The notes under the pieces: generated by a model
What the model was told of the DNA's origin: nothing
Seen by the model: the letters and a program-made list of their open reading frames with translations, nothing else
Databases searched by the model: none
Program-made: the position numbers and the translations under genes
Shown: positions 1 to 9,983 of the stretch, piece after piece
Numbering within the stretch: position 1 is the first letter of the stretch
Layout: each line of letters starts with the position of its first letter
Sequence record: NC_073078.1
Source of the DNA: Escherichia phage welsh
Length of the DNA stretch: 45,207 bases
Direction: 5' to 3' (one strand)

Positions 1-64
1 CTACCGTAAGGATCTGGTCGAGGCATTGTCTTGATTTGGTCGCTTAAATAGCGAGTGATAATAT

Positions 65-88
65 GGGGCCAGCACGGCCCCTTTTTTA
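65..88 (+). terminator. Rho-independent terminator candidate after the major tail gene
   Basis: GC hairpin GGGGCC-agcac-GGCCCC followed by TTTTTT; lies just before the chaperone RBS GGAGAA. Confidence 0.55.
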
Positions 89-103
89 TTGGAGAATACT
101 ACA

Positions 104-466
104 ATGGCTAAAGCACCACTCTTTACACTTGACCCTAAGCCGACCTTTAAGCTGCCGATTGAGATCCCGCGCCCTGGTGAGAACGAGCCGGGGAAGATGA
201 CTTTCACCGTCCGCCACCGCCCTATCGACGAATTTTCGCAGACCATGCAGGACACTGAGCGCAAATTGTCGGAATATGACGACAATGACCCGGACGGCTT
301 TAACGTTATGGTCGAGGCCATCATGCACGTCGCAGAAGGCTGGAATCTGCCGGACGAATTTAACGCGGAGAACGTCCGCCGCCTGGTGGTCAACTATCCA
401 CGCGCGTTCGGTGTGTTCCACACGTCGTACTATCTCGAACTGATGGGGTTGCGTGAAAAAAACTAA
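104..466 (+). CDS. Tail assembly chaperone (lambda gpG-like)
   Basis: ATG at 104 with GGAGAA RBS 7 nt upstream (track ORF 89..466 begins at an in-frame TTG). Acidic about 120 aa protein upstream of the tape measure gene; ends in a slippery site. Confidence 0.7.
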   Translation: MAKAPLFTLDPKPTFKLPIEIPRPGENEPGKMTFTVRHRPIDEFSQTMQDTERKLSEYDDNDPDGFNVMVEAIMHVAEGWNLPDEFNAENVRRLVVNYPRAFGVFHTSYYLELMGLREKN

Positions 467-780
467 TTGAGGCGGCGCGACGCTTTTATGGCCCGCCGCC
501 ACCCTCCGAAGATTTAGCCGCAAGTTTATGGGGCGCGGCCCCCGAAGATGTTTGTCCACCTGTTGCGCTGTGGCCCGACAACGCGAAGGTAGTCGCAGTC
601 TTCACAGATTGCTCCACGCAATGGCGCACCGGATTTGGTGGCGCATACGGCATCGACTACGGCGTGCTGGAGTGGTTATTTAAGATGCACGGTATCGAAA
701 ACGAACAGCGCGCGTTTAAAGATATCAAGCTAATGGAACGAATAGCGCTTGATGAGATGGCGCAGCAGAACCCCGCATAA
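104..780 (+). CDS. Tail assembly chaperone fusion made by -1 programmed frameshift (lambda gpGT-like)
   Basis: The -1 frame is open from about 457 to TAA at 778-780 and encodes about 105 aa of non-repetitive sequence (KKLIEAARRFYGPPPPSEDL...MAQQNPA). Heptamer A_AAA_AAC sits at the end of the G frame. Confidence 0.6.
455..465 (+). other. Slippery heptanucleotide A AAA AAC (about 457-463) for -1 ribosomal frameshift
   Basis: Run of 7 A then C directly before the G stop codon (464-466); matches the X XXY YYZ pattern; -1 frame stays open downstream. Confidence 0.6.
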
Positions 781-1100
781 TGAAGCGGGACGTCCCGCTT
801 TGTCCCGCCCTGTAAAACCGCATATCTAATCACTTTCATTGCATAAACTCAAAGCGGGACAGGCGGGACGTCCCGTTTTGTCCCACCCATGAAATGTGCA
901 TACCTATTCGAATTTCGTGCATAAAACAAGCGGGACAGAAAGCGGGACAGACAAGGGGCGGGACAAAGCGGGACAGCACCCCGTCCCCACCAGTGCTGCC
1001 GCGGTTTTTAGCCGATCGGGACAGCGGGACAGCACCCCAGTCTTTCAGACTAGACGGGGGTCAATGGCCCCCCTCGTCTGAGACTGAATAAGGTTTGTTT
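781..1100. repeat. Non-coding array of GCGGGAC(A) boxes, copy A, with a hairpin-rich 3' module
   Basis: At least 10 direct or inverted GCGGGAC boxes, including the perfect 18-bp palindrome AAGCGGGACGTCCCGCTT (about 783-800). The last 85 bp or so are near-identical to about 29393-29477. The unit TGCATAAA...AAGCGGGACAG recurs. Confidence 0.8.
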
Positions 1101-1154
1101 TGAAATCGCTGATACAATATCCATCGGCAACTGCATAAAAAAGGGGACTGCATA

Positions 1155-3797
1155 ATGGCAGATCAGGCAGCAGGCATCACGCTAAAGGCTGATGTTGCAC
1201 AAATCAGAACGGCAAATACTGTGCTGGACTCCTTCGCACAGAAATCCGAGAACACAGAAAACAAGGTTAAGAAATTAAACGACACCCTCGGCAAATCCAA
1301 AAAGGTGACGAGTGACGCCGCGGGCGGAATGGAAAAGCTGGCAAACGAATCGCAGCGCGCCGCCGATGGCATGACGAAACAGGAGCGACTCGCCAACAGG
1401 TTAGGGATGTCGACTAAAAACCTGGGCTTTGCCTCGCGTAACGCCGCATTCCAGCTACAGGATATTGCGGTAACGCTTGAGATGGGGATGCCGGTTCACC
1501 GCGTCATGCTTCAGCAGTTACCGCAGCTAACTGGGGCGTTCGGTGGACTGGGTAACACGCTGCGTTATGTTGCGGGCTTCCTCGGCCCAGTAGGGATCGG
1601 CCTCGCCGCCGTAACGGCAACGTTAGGCGTGGGCGTGGCAATTACGTCCCGCGCAGAGAACCAGGTCGCCGCGCTTAACAAGACGCTGGCGCTGTCAGGT
1701 AACATTTCCGGCCTCACTGCAAACCAGATCCTGGTGTTATCCGAGAACGCCGAGCGCATGGGCGGATCATTCCGCAAGACGCGTGACACAATCCAGGCGC
1801 TGGCGGCGGCGGGTGTGAAAGCGGGTGGTGACTTCGGCGCATTGGCTAAGGTAGTTAATGACTTTGCGAAGGTGTCCAGCCAGCCGATCGAGGATGTGGT
1901 AGCGGCGGTGGCGAAGCTGTCAACCGACCCCGTTGGCGGACTGCGTGCGCTGGCGGATAAGTATCACGTCGTAAACGAAGCGCAGATCCAGCAGGTGCAG
2001 TCACTAGTGACGGCTGGTCGCGAAACCGAAGCGGTGGCGCTGGCTAACAAAACAGCCGCAGCGTCGTTTACCACTATGACCAATGAGATCAAGTCCAACA
2101 TGGGTACGCTTGAGCGGTCGATGAACGTCGTTACATCGGCAGCTAAATCTATGTGGGATGCCATCCTGGATGTCGGGCGCGCGCAGTCCTCGAATGAGTC
2201 AGAGATGAAAGCGCGTGAATCATTGCAGCGACTGACCACGGCTTACTATGCCGAGATGAAAGCGGTAAACGCTGCCGGTGGGGTGATGACCGAAGCGCAG
2301 AAAGCGCGTATTAACATGCTTTACAGCGAACTGGTAGCCCAGGAAAAAGTAGTGGCGTCGCTCACCCTGCGCAACCGTGCAGAGCGAGACAACGCAAGTG
2401 CCGCTGACGAAGCAGCAAAGGCGAACGAAGAGGCAAACCGCACCGCCCGCGACCGCGCTGCGTTTGAGAAGGAGTACGCAACCAACGCGAAGAGGCGCGC
2501 CGACGAGATCGCCCGCCTCAATTTGCTTAATAAGCGCGGCGTGATTGACGAGAAAGAGCTTGCCGAGGCGGTGAAGCAGGTAAACGAGCGTTACAAAGAC
2601 CCCGCCCCGAAGAAGGCCGCCGCTGTTCGAGTCGATGCCGGGCTGAAAATGCTGGAGGTCGCACGGAGCGAACTGGCACAGCTTCGAGAATCAGGCAAGC
2701 AGATCGAAGCCAACGCATCGACGCAGACCCGCACGCAACGCGCTCAAGCGGCCCTAAACAAGCTGATCGCGGATAATGAGCAGTTAATCGCCGCAAGCAA
2801 AGAAAGAGCACTAACGGCAGCGGAAAAGCAGCAATTAGTCGAGTTCGGGCGCGTGAAGGAAGTCCGCGAGCAGATCGTCGAAGAAGCTAAATTGCTGGAC
2901 GCGAAAGAGAAGCAGGTCAAGGCGCACGCGCAGATCGACGCCTTCGTTAAGAACCAGAACGCCGAGCTAAAAGCAACCGCGGCGGGATATGCGCTTTCCA
3001 CTCGCGAAGCGGCTAACCTGCGCGAAGAATTGCAGCTAATTGACCGCCTGAAGCGGGTGGGCGCTAACGATACCGATATTGATCTGGCGGTGTCTAAGCT
3101 GCGCGAAGTGCAGGAAGCACAGACCGGTGCTAACGCCTCGCTATGGGATGGCTTCAGCCGCGGGCTTAAGGATAGCGTGGATGAAATGGGTAACGGCTAT
3201 ACGCAGATGACGTCACTCACAAAATTCACGTTCGGCGCTATGCAGGACACGATGAACAAGTTTTTCGAGACTGGCAAGCTGAACGCAAAGGATATGGTTA
3301 AATCCATCCTTAGCGAATTAATCAAGCTGGCTACATCGCAGGCGTTCAAGTCCATCGTTAGCGCTTTCGGTGGCGACGGCGGCAAAAACGGATTGTTCGG
3401 CGCTATCTTCTCGGGCCTCACTAAGAATGCGGACGGCGGAGCGTACGCAGGAGGCAATCTCGCGGCCTATTCGGGTAAAGTGGTAAGCCAGCCTACCTTT
3501 TTCAGTTATGGCGTCCAGGCGTTCGCTAAGGGCGCTGGGTTGATGGGTGAGGCTGGACCCGAGGCCATCATGCCACTGAAGCGCGGGCCGGACGGGAAAC
3601 TGGGCGTTGCCGCGTCTGGCGCAGGCGGTGGTATGGTCGTGACGACTAACGTTTACACGGGGACCGGTAAGACGGACACCAGTGTTAGCGGGCCAGACCC
3701 ACGTACCGCGCAGGCGTTCGGCAAGCAAATCACCGAGGCGGTGAAGTCCGAGATCGTGAAAGCGACTAAACCAGGTGGTGTACTTTACAAACGATGA
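1155..3797 (+). CDS. Tail tape measure protein
   Basis: 880 aa, Ala/Gln-rich coiled-coil character, hydrophobic Gly-rich C-terminal region, positioned after the chaperone gene; RBS AAGGGGA. Confidence 0.85.
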   Translation: MADQAAGITLKADVAQIRTANTVLDSFAQKSENTENKVKKLNDTLGKSKKVTSDAAGGMEKLANESQRAADGMTKQERLANRLGMSTKNLGFASRNAAFQLQDIAVTLEMGMPVHRVMLQQLPQLTGAFGGLGNTLRYVAGFLGPVGIGLAAVTATLGVGVAITSRAENQVAALNKTLALSGNISGLTANQILVLSENAERMGGSFRKTRDTIQALAAAGVKAGGDFGALAKVVNDFAKVSSQPIEDVVAAVAKLSTDPVGGLRALADKYHVVNEAQIQQVQSLVTAGRETEAVALANKTAAASFTTMTNEIKSNMGTLERSMNVVTSAAKSMWDAILDVGRAQSSNESEMKARESLQRLTTAYYAEMKAVNAAGGVMTEAQKARINMLYSELVAQEKVVASLTLRNRAERDNASAADEAAKANEEANRTARDRAAFEKEYATNAKRRADEIARLNLLNKRGVIDEKELAEAVKQVNERYKDPAPKKAAAVRVDAGLKMLEVARSELAQLRESGKQIEANASTQTRTQRAQAALNKLIADNEQLIAASKERALTAAEKQQLVEFGRVKEVREQIVEEAKLLDAKEKQVKAHAQIDAFVKNQNAELKATAAGYALSTREAANLREELQLIDRLKRVGANDTDIDLAVSKLREVQEAQTGANASLWDGFSRGLKDSVDEMGNGYTQMTSLTKFTFGAMQDTMNKFFETGKLNAKDMVKSILSELIKLATSQAFKSIVSAFGGDGGKNGLFGAIFSGLTKNADGGAYAGGNLAAYSGKVVSQPTFFSYGVQAFAKGAGLMGEAGPEAIMPLKRGPDGKLGVAASGAGGGMVVTTNVYTGTGKTDTSVSGPDPRTAQAFGKQITEAVKSEIVKATKPGGVLYKR

Positions 3798-3831
3798 TAA
3801 AATGGCCCTCACTACAACGTGGGGGCTTTTT

Positions 3832-4431
3832 ATGTCACAAGGTACAATCACACTAACGAAAGGAAGTAAGACCGTCACGGGCGCGGGAACGGCGTTCCTT
3901 AGCGAGATCGGGAAGGTACTCGTATTCGCCCGCATCGACGGCAACGACTACACCGGCAAAATTGCGGCATTCAACTCGAACACGGTCATTACGCTGAAAG
4001 ATAACTGGGCTGGGCCAACGAAATCCGGTGCGGCATATGAGCTAATCGAAGCACACGACCCGCGATCAAACGAATGGCCCTATTACTGGCACATGCAATT
4101 GCAGGGCGGTGGCGACGTGCAGTTAGCTTTCCGGTCCGAGGAATTGCAATTCGGTAATGGCTACGGGCAGAACATCGCGGACGGCCCGAACGCCGAAACT
4201 AAACAGTTCCCCGTGCAATTCATAGGGCTGACTACTGACAAGTGGTGCAACCCTAAACTGGTTTACAACTTCCTTCGCGGGCACTTCGTCAAGCCGTTTG
4301 TCGTCACCGCGCCGGATGGCGAAACAGGTTTATTCGTGGTCGAGCGTTCGAGCTTGTCGTACACGGACAACGGACACCTCACGGCAACCGTATCCGCCAC
4401 CCTTAAGACTGCTATTGGATTCGTAAGATGA
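3832..4431 (+). CDS. Minor tail protein (lambda gpM-like position)
   Basis: ATG 3832 with GGGGG 6 nt upstream; track ORF begins at GTG 3775, which overlaps the tape measure stop, so the start is uncertain. First gene after the tape measure. Confidence 0.5.
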   Translation: MSQGTITLTKGSKTVTGAGTAFLSEIGKVLVFARIDGNDYTGKIAAFNSNTVITLKDNWAGPTKSGAAYELIEAHDPRSNEWPYYWHMQLQGGGDVQLAFRSEELQFGNGYGQNIADGPNAETKQFPVQFIGLTTDKWCNPKLVYNFLRGHFVKPFVVTAPDGETGLFVVERSSLSYTDNGHLTATVSATLKTAIGFVR

Positions 4432-5216
4432 ATAAACTTTATCGCGAGGCGACGCGCTTTGACCCATCGGGTCGCGTTCGCCTGATTCACATTGACGCGC
4501 AGGACGTGGAACCAGGCGACGGTGCGATCGGCGCGGGCCATCACTATTTCCACTACTGCTTTATTCCGCACACTGCCGAGGATATTGCTGCCGCCGGTGG
4601 TGACGAGGATAAGCTAAAACCTAAATCCATCTTCTTCGGCGGGCAGGAGTTCGAATTTTGGCCCTTCGATTTGTCCGGCCTTAACTTCTCCACATCGACG
4701 GCGGCAGAACCGCAACTAACAATCGTCGATATTGGCGGCATAATAACCCGGCTGTCGCTGAACCACGACCAGCTACTTGGCGCGAAGGTTGAGATCATTG
4801 ATACGTTCGCGAAGTTCCTGGACAACGGGGCAGATCCAGACCCGACGCAGAAACGAGTTCAGGAGTATTACATCGACTCGCAGGTCGGGCGCAATCCGGG
4901 CAAGCAAATTACCTTCGCACTATCCTCGCCTGCGGATATGGAAGGGCAGGTCGTTCCCCGTCGCCAAATCATGAATATGTGCGAGTGGGCGCTCAACGGG
5001 AAGTACGCCAGCGGGGACGGGTGCACCTGGAACCTTGTGAAGCCTGGTATAAAGTATTATGACGAGCGGGGTAATGAAGTCATTGCGATGAATATGGACC
5101 GATGTGGCGGCTGTTTGTCCGACTGTTATCTTCGATTTGGGCAAGGGCTTGCGGACCCGAAAGCGGCGGTGCTGGACTTCGGCGGCTTTCCTGGGTCCAG
5201 ATTAATTAAGGGGTAG
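4428..5216 (+). CDS. Minor tail protein L-like
   Basis: C-terminal Cys cluster (CTWN...CGGCLSDC) as in lambda gpL; start overlaps the previous stop (ATGA). Confidence 0.75.
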   Translation: MNKLYREATRFDPSGRVRLIHIDAQDVEPGDGAIGAGHHYFHYCFIPHTAEDIAAAGGDEDKLKPKSIFFGGQEFEFWPFDLSGLNFSTSTAAEPQLTIVDIGGIITRLSLNHDQLLGAKVEIIDTFAKFLDNGADPDPTQKRVQEYYIDSQVGRNPGKQITFALSSPADMEGQVVPRRQIMNMCEWALNGKYASGDGCTWNLVKPGIKYYDERGNEVIAMNMDRCGGCLSDCYLRFGQGLADPKAAVLDFGGFPGSRLIKG

Positions 5217-5218
5217 CC

Positions 5219-5959
5219 ATGTTAACGAAAAAGGTTAAAAGCGATATCGCCGCGCACGTTGCGGCGTGTCTGCCAGAAGAAGCCTGCGGCCTGGTGGTCA
5301 TGGTGGGTCGTAAGCAAGTGTTCGTCCCATGTCTGAACGTATTTGAAGACCCGACCGGCGTGCGCTCACGCAAAGACGCGTTTACTATTAGTGATATGGC
5401 CTGGATGGATGCCGAGGATATGGGCGACGTCGTGCGCGTAGTCCACTCGCATCCGGGCCAGCGCGAGCTTACCCCATCACTGGGAGACGTTAACGGATGC
5501 AACGGCAGCGGCGTAGTCTGGACCATCACTAACGAATATGGCGACTTTATCGAGATCGACCCTGAAGACCCGCCGCTGGTAGGCCGCCGATTTGTTCTCG
5601 GAATTACAGATTGTTATGGCCTCGTCATGGACTGGCACAAAAAGCAGAGCGTAAACCTGCCAGACTTCCGCGTGCCGTATAACTGGTGGGAGACAGGCGA
5701 AAATCTGTATATGGATAACTGGTACGGCGCGGGCTTCAGGGAATGCGAGGAGAATACGCCGGGGGCGATGGTTATCATGCAGATTAGCGCGCCAGTGCCT
5801 AACCACGCTGGGATATTCCTTCCGGGCAACCAACTACTACACCATATCTACGGCAGTCTGTCGAGCGTAGTCCCCTTCCGGGCAGGATTTTTCCGCGACA
5901 ATGTGGTTAAATGGGTCCGTCATAAAGACCTACCGGGGAATATCACAGAATGGCAATGA
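5219..5959 (+). CDS. Tail assembly protein K-like (JAMM/MPN plus NlpC/P60-like)
   Basis: HSHPGQRELTPSLGDVNG fits a JAMM metalloprotease motif; C-terminal ITDCYG fits an NlpC/P60-type catalytic Cys; gene order L-K-I-J. Confidence 0.8.
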   Translation: MLTKKVKSDIAAHVAACLPEEACGLVVMVGRKQVFVPCLNVFEDPTGVRSRKDAFTISDMAWMDAEDMGDVVRVVHSHPGQRELTPSLGDVNGCNGSGVVWTITNEYGDFIEIDPEDPPLVGRRFVLGITDCYGLVMDWHKKQSVNLPDFRVPYNWWETGENLYMDNWYGAGFRECEENTPGAMVIMQISAPVPNHAGIFLPGNQLLHHIYGSLSSVVPFRAGFFRDNVVKWVRHKDLPGNITEWQ

Positions 5960-6567
5960 CAACGTTTAAATTGTACGGCGTCTTAGGGCGTCGATTCGGT
6001 AAAGTTCATAAGCTGGACTGCTTCACTCCGGGCGAGGGTATTACCGGCCTGTGCGTGAAGTTACCCGGCTTACAGGACTTTCTAATGTCAGCCCACCTGG
6101 ACAATATGATGTTCAAGGTGCGCAAAGGCGACCACACGATGACCGGCTATGATGAGCTGGGTGAGTTCCACGGCAACCGCGTCGTCACCATCGCGCCGGT
6201 TATGACTGGCGCAAAAAGAGGGTTGGGACAATTGCTGGCGGGTGTCGCGATCGTAGTGGCGTCGTTCTATACGGGCGGACTTGCTACTGCCGCTTTCGGG
6301 GCTTCGGCTGCAACCGCTGCCGCTATCGGGACGGCGACGTTTTCGTTCGGGATGTCGATGGCGCTGGGTGGCGTTATGCAATTGCTGTCGCCACAACCGA
6401 AGGGATTGCAGACAAGGCAGGACGTGGATAACAAGGCGTCGTATGCGTTCGGCGGCCCAGTAAACACTACCGCGCAAGGCACGGCTCTTGGTGTATTATG
6501 GGGCGAGCGTGAGATCGGCGGCGCTATTATTTCAGCCGGAATCGTAACCGAGGACTTGAACGAATGA
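5950..6567 (+). CDS. Tail assembly protein I-like
   Basis: About 200 aa between K and J; Gly/Ala-rich hydrophobic C-terminal half. Confidence 0.65.
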   Translation: MAMTTFKLYGVLGRRFGKVHKLDCFTPGEGITGLCVKLPGLQDFLMSAHLDNMMFKVRKGDHTMTGYDELGEFHGNRVVTIAPVMTGAKRGLGQLLAGVAIVVASFYTGGLATAAFGASAATAAAIGTATFSFGMSMALGGVMQLLSPQPKGLQTRQDVDNKASYAFGGPVNTTAQGTALGVLWGEREIGGAIISAGIVTEDLNE

Positions 6568-9500
6568 CGATTATCTACGACGTCACAGGGCATAAAGGCG
6601 GCGGCGGCAAACAGCACACCCCACAGGAGACGCCAGATAGCCTGCATTCGCTGGCTAAAATCCGCATCTTGCTTGCACTGGGCGAGGGTGAATTCGAAAG
6701 TATTACCAGCGCCAGCGAATTGCGGCAGCGTGTTTACCTGGACGGAACACCGATCCAGAACGCTGACCTGTCCGAAAACTTCCCTGGCGCGCGTGTGGAG
6801 TTCCGCCCCGGCACACAGCACCAGGATGTGATCCACGGATTTTCAGCGGTGGAAAGTGAGCAATCTGTCGGCGTAAAACTGGAAAACGGCACGCCGTGGG
6901 TGCGCCAGATTAACGATACCAGTCTGGACGCTGTTCGCATTCGCATCGGCATTCCAGCCCTGTACACTAACGAAGATAATGGCGACCTGGTGGGCGGGCG
7001 CATCGACTATAAGATAGTTGTGTATACGGATAACGCCGACCCGCGTGAGTTCAGATTCGCCGCCGTTGGTAAAACAATGTCGCTATATGAGCGCGACCAC
7101 CGCATCGAATTACCTCCGAACGTTAACACCGGCTGGCGCGTGGAGGTGCACCGCATAACGGCAGACTCCACATCGGCGAAAGTGGTTAATGATATCCGGG
7201 TGCAGTCCATCACTGAGATTATTGACGCCCGCCTGCGTTACCCGCTAACCGCGCTGTTGTTTGTGGAGTTCGACGCCAAAGCGTTCCAGAACATCCCGCG
7301 CGTGTCCATCAAGTGCAAAGGCCGTAAAGTTCTAATACCGAACAACTACGACCCGATTAATCATACCTATTCCGGGGACTGGGACGGCACGTTTAAACGC
7401 GCATGGACGGATAACCCTGCGTGGCACTGGTACGATATTTGTATTACTGAGCGCTTCGGCCTCGGTCGGCGTATCAAACCGCAAATGTTAAACCGGTACG
7501 CGCTCTACCAGATTGCGCAGCGCTGCGATCAGTTGGTCAGCGACGGCAACGGTGGTCGAGAAATCCGCTTTAAGAATGATATGTACATCCAGTCGCAGAC
7601 AGACGCCTGGACCGTGCTTAAGGATTTGGCGGCCATCTTCGCCGGAATGACCTGGTGGGGTAACCAGATGTTGAATATCGTCAGTGACCAACCGGTCGCG
7701 GCGGTGTCGCACACTATCACCAACGCCTCGGTAATTGATGGGCGATTCGACTACGCATCTGGTAGCCAGAAAACGCGCTATTCCACATTCGCGGTAGCAT
7801 ACGGCAATCCGAAAAACCACTATGAAGATGCTATCGCAACGGGGCAACGTGTCGAACTGGTACGCCGCCATAAGATTAACCGTCTTGATATTACGGCGAT
7901 CGGCTGTACGCGTGAATCTGAAGCGCAACGCCGGGGGCACTGGGCGCTAATCTCAAACCAGCTTGACCAGCAAGTTAGTTTTAAGGTGGGCATGGAGGGG
8001 TTATTCTTTATCCCCGGTAGCGTAGTTGCGATCGCAGATACTAATATTTCTGGCGGATTCGAGACTCGTGGCGGTCGCCTGTTGTCGGACCCTGGAACGC
8101 GTACCGTGCTGAACACGGACAGCGAAATCACATTCCGCCCTGGCGATAAGTTCCTGGTACGCACCGATAGCGGTAATGTGGAGACTCGCGAGATCGCCAG
8201 CGTCAACGGCAACAAGGTTACGCTAAAAACCGCACTTGATGCCGACCCGATTCCAGACCAGCCGTTTTGCGTTGATGGCGACGATATCCAGTTGCAAAAA
8301 TTCCGCATCACCGACCTGGAATATGACGACTCTACGAGCACTTTCTCGGTGCGCGGGATTGAATACAACGATAGCAAGTATGATGCCGTTGATAATGGCG
8401 CTCGCCTTGACCCTGGCATCTTTACGCAAGTGCCTGACGGTGTAATGAAGGGGCCGGAATCCGTGACCATCACCCCGTCGCAGATTTCATCGCAAGGCCA
8501 GCTAATCACCAACGTGGATATTGTATTCCCTCCGGTGAAGGATGCCGTGGTGTATGAAATCCAGTGGCGACGTACCAGCTTGCAGAATATGGAAATCCAG
8601 TGGGGTAACGACTGGGTGAATATCCCACGCACGGCGTCGAACGGCGCGCACATCCCCAACGTGTTCTCCGGTAACTATCAGGCACGCGTCCGCGCGATCG
8701 GTATGGGCGAGATTTCATCTCCGTGGGTGTCGTCCGCCATCACGCCGGTGGAAGGTCGTCTCGGTGGGCTTAACGCACCAATCATCACCAACGCTATTTC
8801 GGGCCTTCACCAGATCTTGTGGAAGTGGAACCACAACAACGCCGCTACTGATATCTCGTACACCGAGCTTGAAGTGCGCAAGACCGGTGAGACTGAATGG
8901 AAATTCCTTACCAACGTCCCATATCCGGGGGCGGAGTATGCGCAAACATCGCTGGAGTTCGGAATTTACCAGCAGTTGCGCGCCCGTGTAGCGGATAAAA
9001 TCGGCAACCTGTCGGACTGGTCGGCCCCGTTTGAAGGGCAGGTGAGTGACAAAGTTGACGAGTACATGAAGGGGCTTGATGACGAGTTCTTGACTTCCGA
9101 GGATGGTAAACGCTTCCAGGAAGCAATCAACACGATCCCGCAGGGTATTTACGAGGCGATGCTCACCGACGCGCAGCAATTGTTCAATGCCCGCGCCGAG
9201 TATAAAGGGATTTATGCGGAAATCACGGTGGCGTATAACGTGGCGGCGGACGCGCATAAAGCCGTAGCGCAACTGGAAACGTTGATCGGCACGCGCCTTG
9301 ATGACGCTGAAGCATCAATCCACACGTTGCAGACTGCGCAAAGCACACATGAACAAGCGTTCGCCCAGTACCAGCAAACTGTTGCCGCTAAGTTTTCGGA
9401 ACAGGAAGCAGCCATCCAGCAGGTACAAACGGCAACGGCGGACGTGGCGGGCGCGCTGGCAGAGTATAAGACCCAGGTCGCGGCGCAGTTCGGACAGCAG

Positions 9501-9983
9501 TCCGCAGCTATCGAGCAGAAGATGACGTCTTCGTTTAACCATGCTGGTGGCAGCGCCACGTACAGTCTTAAGGCTGGCGTGACGTATAACGGGACTTACT
9601 ATGACGCCGGTATGCAGCTTTCAGTTGTGACGTCTGGCAACGCGGTTAAATCCCGCATCGCATTCAAGGCGGACCAGTTCTACATCATGCATCCGTCCAA
9701 TGGGACGCTGTCGTCTGCGTTTATTGTGGACGGTGGCGAGGTGTATATCGACACGGCACGCATCAAGAACGCGTCCATCAACTTCGCGCAGATAACAGAC
9801 ACGCTGCAATCGAATAACTACGACGGCAGCACGCGCGGCTGGCGCTTAGGGAAAGATGGAACGTTTATCAACCTGGGCACCGGTAGCGGCGGCGGGATGA
9901 AACAGACGAACACAAGAATAAGCGTGAAGGACGGAAACGGCGTTCTCCGCGTGCAGATTGGTGAGCTTACTGGTAGCTGGTAG
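6564..9983 (+). CDS. Central tail fibre / host specificity protein J-like
   Basis: 1139 aa, directly after I with overlapping start, as for lambda gpJ. Confidence 0.85.
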   Translation: MTIIYDVTGHKGGGGKQHTPQETPDSLHSLAKIRILLALGEGEFESITSASELRQRVYLDGTPIQNADLSENFPGARVEFRPGTQHQDVIHGFSAVESEQSVGVKLENGTPWVRQINDTSLDAVRIRIGIPALYTNEDNGDLVGGRIDYKIVVYTDNADPREFRFAAVGKTMSLYERDHRIELPPNVNTGWRVEVHRITADSTSAKVVNDIRVQSITEIIDARLRYPLTALLFVEFDAKAFQNIPRVSIKCKGRKVLIPNNYDPINHTYSGDWDGTFKRAWTDNPAWHWYDICITERFGLGRRIKPQMLNRYALYQIAQRCDQLVSDGNGGREIRFKNDMYIQSQTDAWTVLKDLAAIFAGMTWWGNQMLNIVSDQPVAAVSHTITNASVIDGRFDYASGSQKTRYSTFAVAYGNPKNHYEDAIATGQRVELVRRHKINRLDITAIGCTRESEAQRRGHWALISNQLDQQVSFKVGMEGLFFIPGSVVAIADTNISGGFETRGGRLLSDPGTRTVLNTDSEITFRPGDKFLVRTDSGNVETREIASVNGNKVTLKTALDADPIPDQPFCVDGDDIQLQKFRITDLEYDDSTSTFSVRGIEYNDSKYDAVDNGARLDPGIFTQVPDGVMKGPESVTITPSQISSQGQLITNVDIVFPPVKDAVVYEIQWRRTSLQNMEIQWGNDWVNIPRTASNGAHIPNVFSGNYQARVRAIGMGEISSPWVSSAITPVEGRLGGLNAPIITNAISGLHQILWKWNHNNAATDISYTELEVRKTGETEWKFLTNVPYPGAEYAQTSLEFGIYQQLRARVADKIGNLSDWSAPFEGQVSDKVDEYMKGLDDEFLTSEDGKRFQEAINTIPQGIYEAMLTDAQQLFNARAEYKGIYAEITVAYNVAADAHKAVAQLETLIGTRLDDAEASIHTLQTAQSTHEQAFAQYQQTVAAKFSEQEAAIQQVQTATADVAGALAEYKTQVAAQFGQQSAAIEQKMTSSFNHAGGSATYSLKAGVTYNGTYYDAGMQLSVVTSGNAVKSRIAFKADQFYIMHPSNGTLSSAFIVDGGEVYIDTARIKNASINFAQITDTLQSNNYDGSTRGWRLGKDGTFINLGTGSGGGMKQTNTRISVKDGNGVLRVQIGELTGSW

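Noticed and set aside
1-393. Minus-strand ORF 1..393 (130 aa) at the window start.
   Set aside because: It is antisense to the well-supported chaperone gene and spans the terminator. The first 47 nt or so more likely hold the 3' end of the + strand major tail gene.
784-1030. Possible CRISPR array, given the many short direct repeats.
   Set aside because: Boxes are only 7-8 bp, irregularly spaced and in both orientations, with no cas genes present. Not CRISPR.
894-1091. Track ORFs 894..1091 and 896..1081 (+) inside repeat copy A, and 29212..29466 (+) inside copy B, which share peptide segments such as GQRDSTPVFQTRRGS.
   Set aside because: The shared peptide reflects near-identical DNA. The copies differ by non-synonymous changes inside repeated boxes and by a divergent but length-conserved spacer, there is no convincing RBS, and the low-complexity translation is typical of repeats. 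Treated as non-coding.
7820-8659. Long antisense ORFs inside large genes, for example 7820..8659 (-), 8715..9272 (-), 6267..6836 (-), 11697..12302 (-), 21642..22376 (+) and 17474..18073 (+).
   Set aside because: They lie fully within, and opposite to, genes with strong protein-family support. Their translations are Arg/Ser/Pro-rich in a way typical of spurious reverse-frame ORFs.
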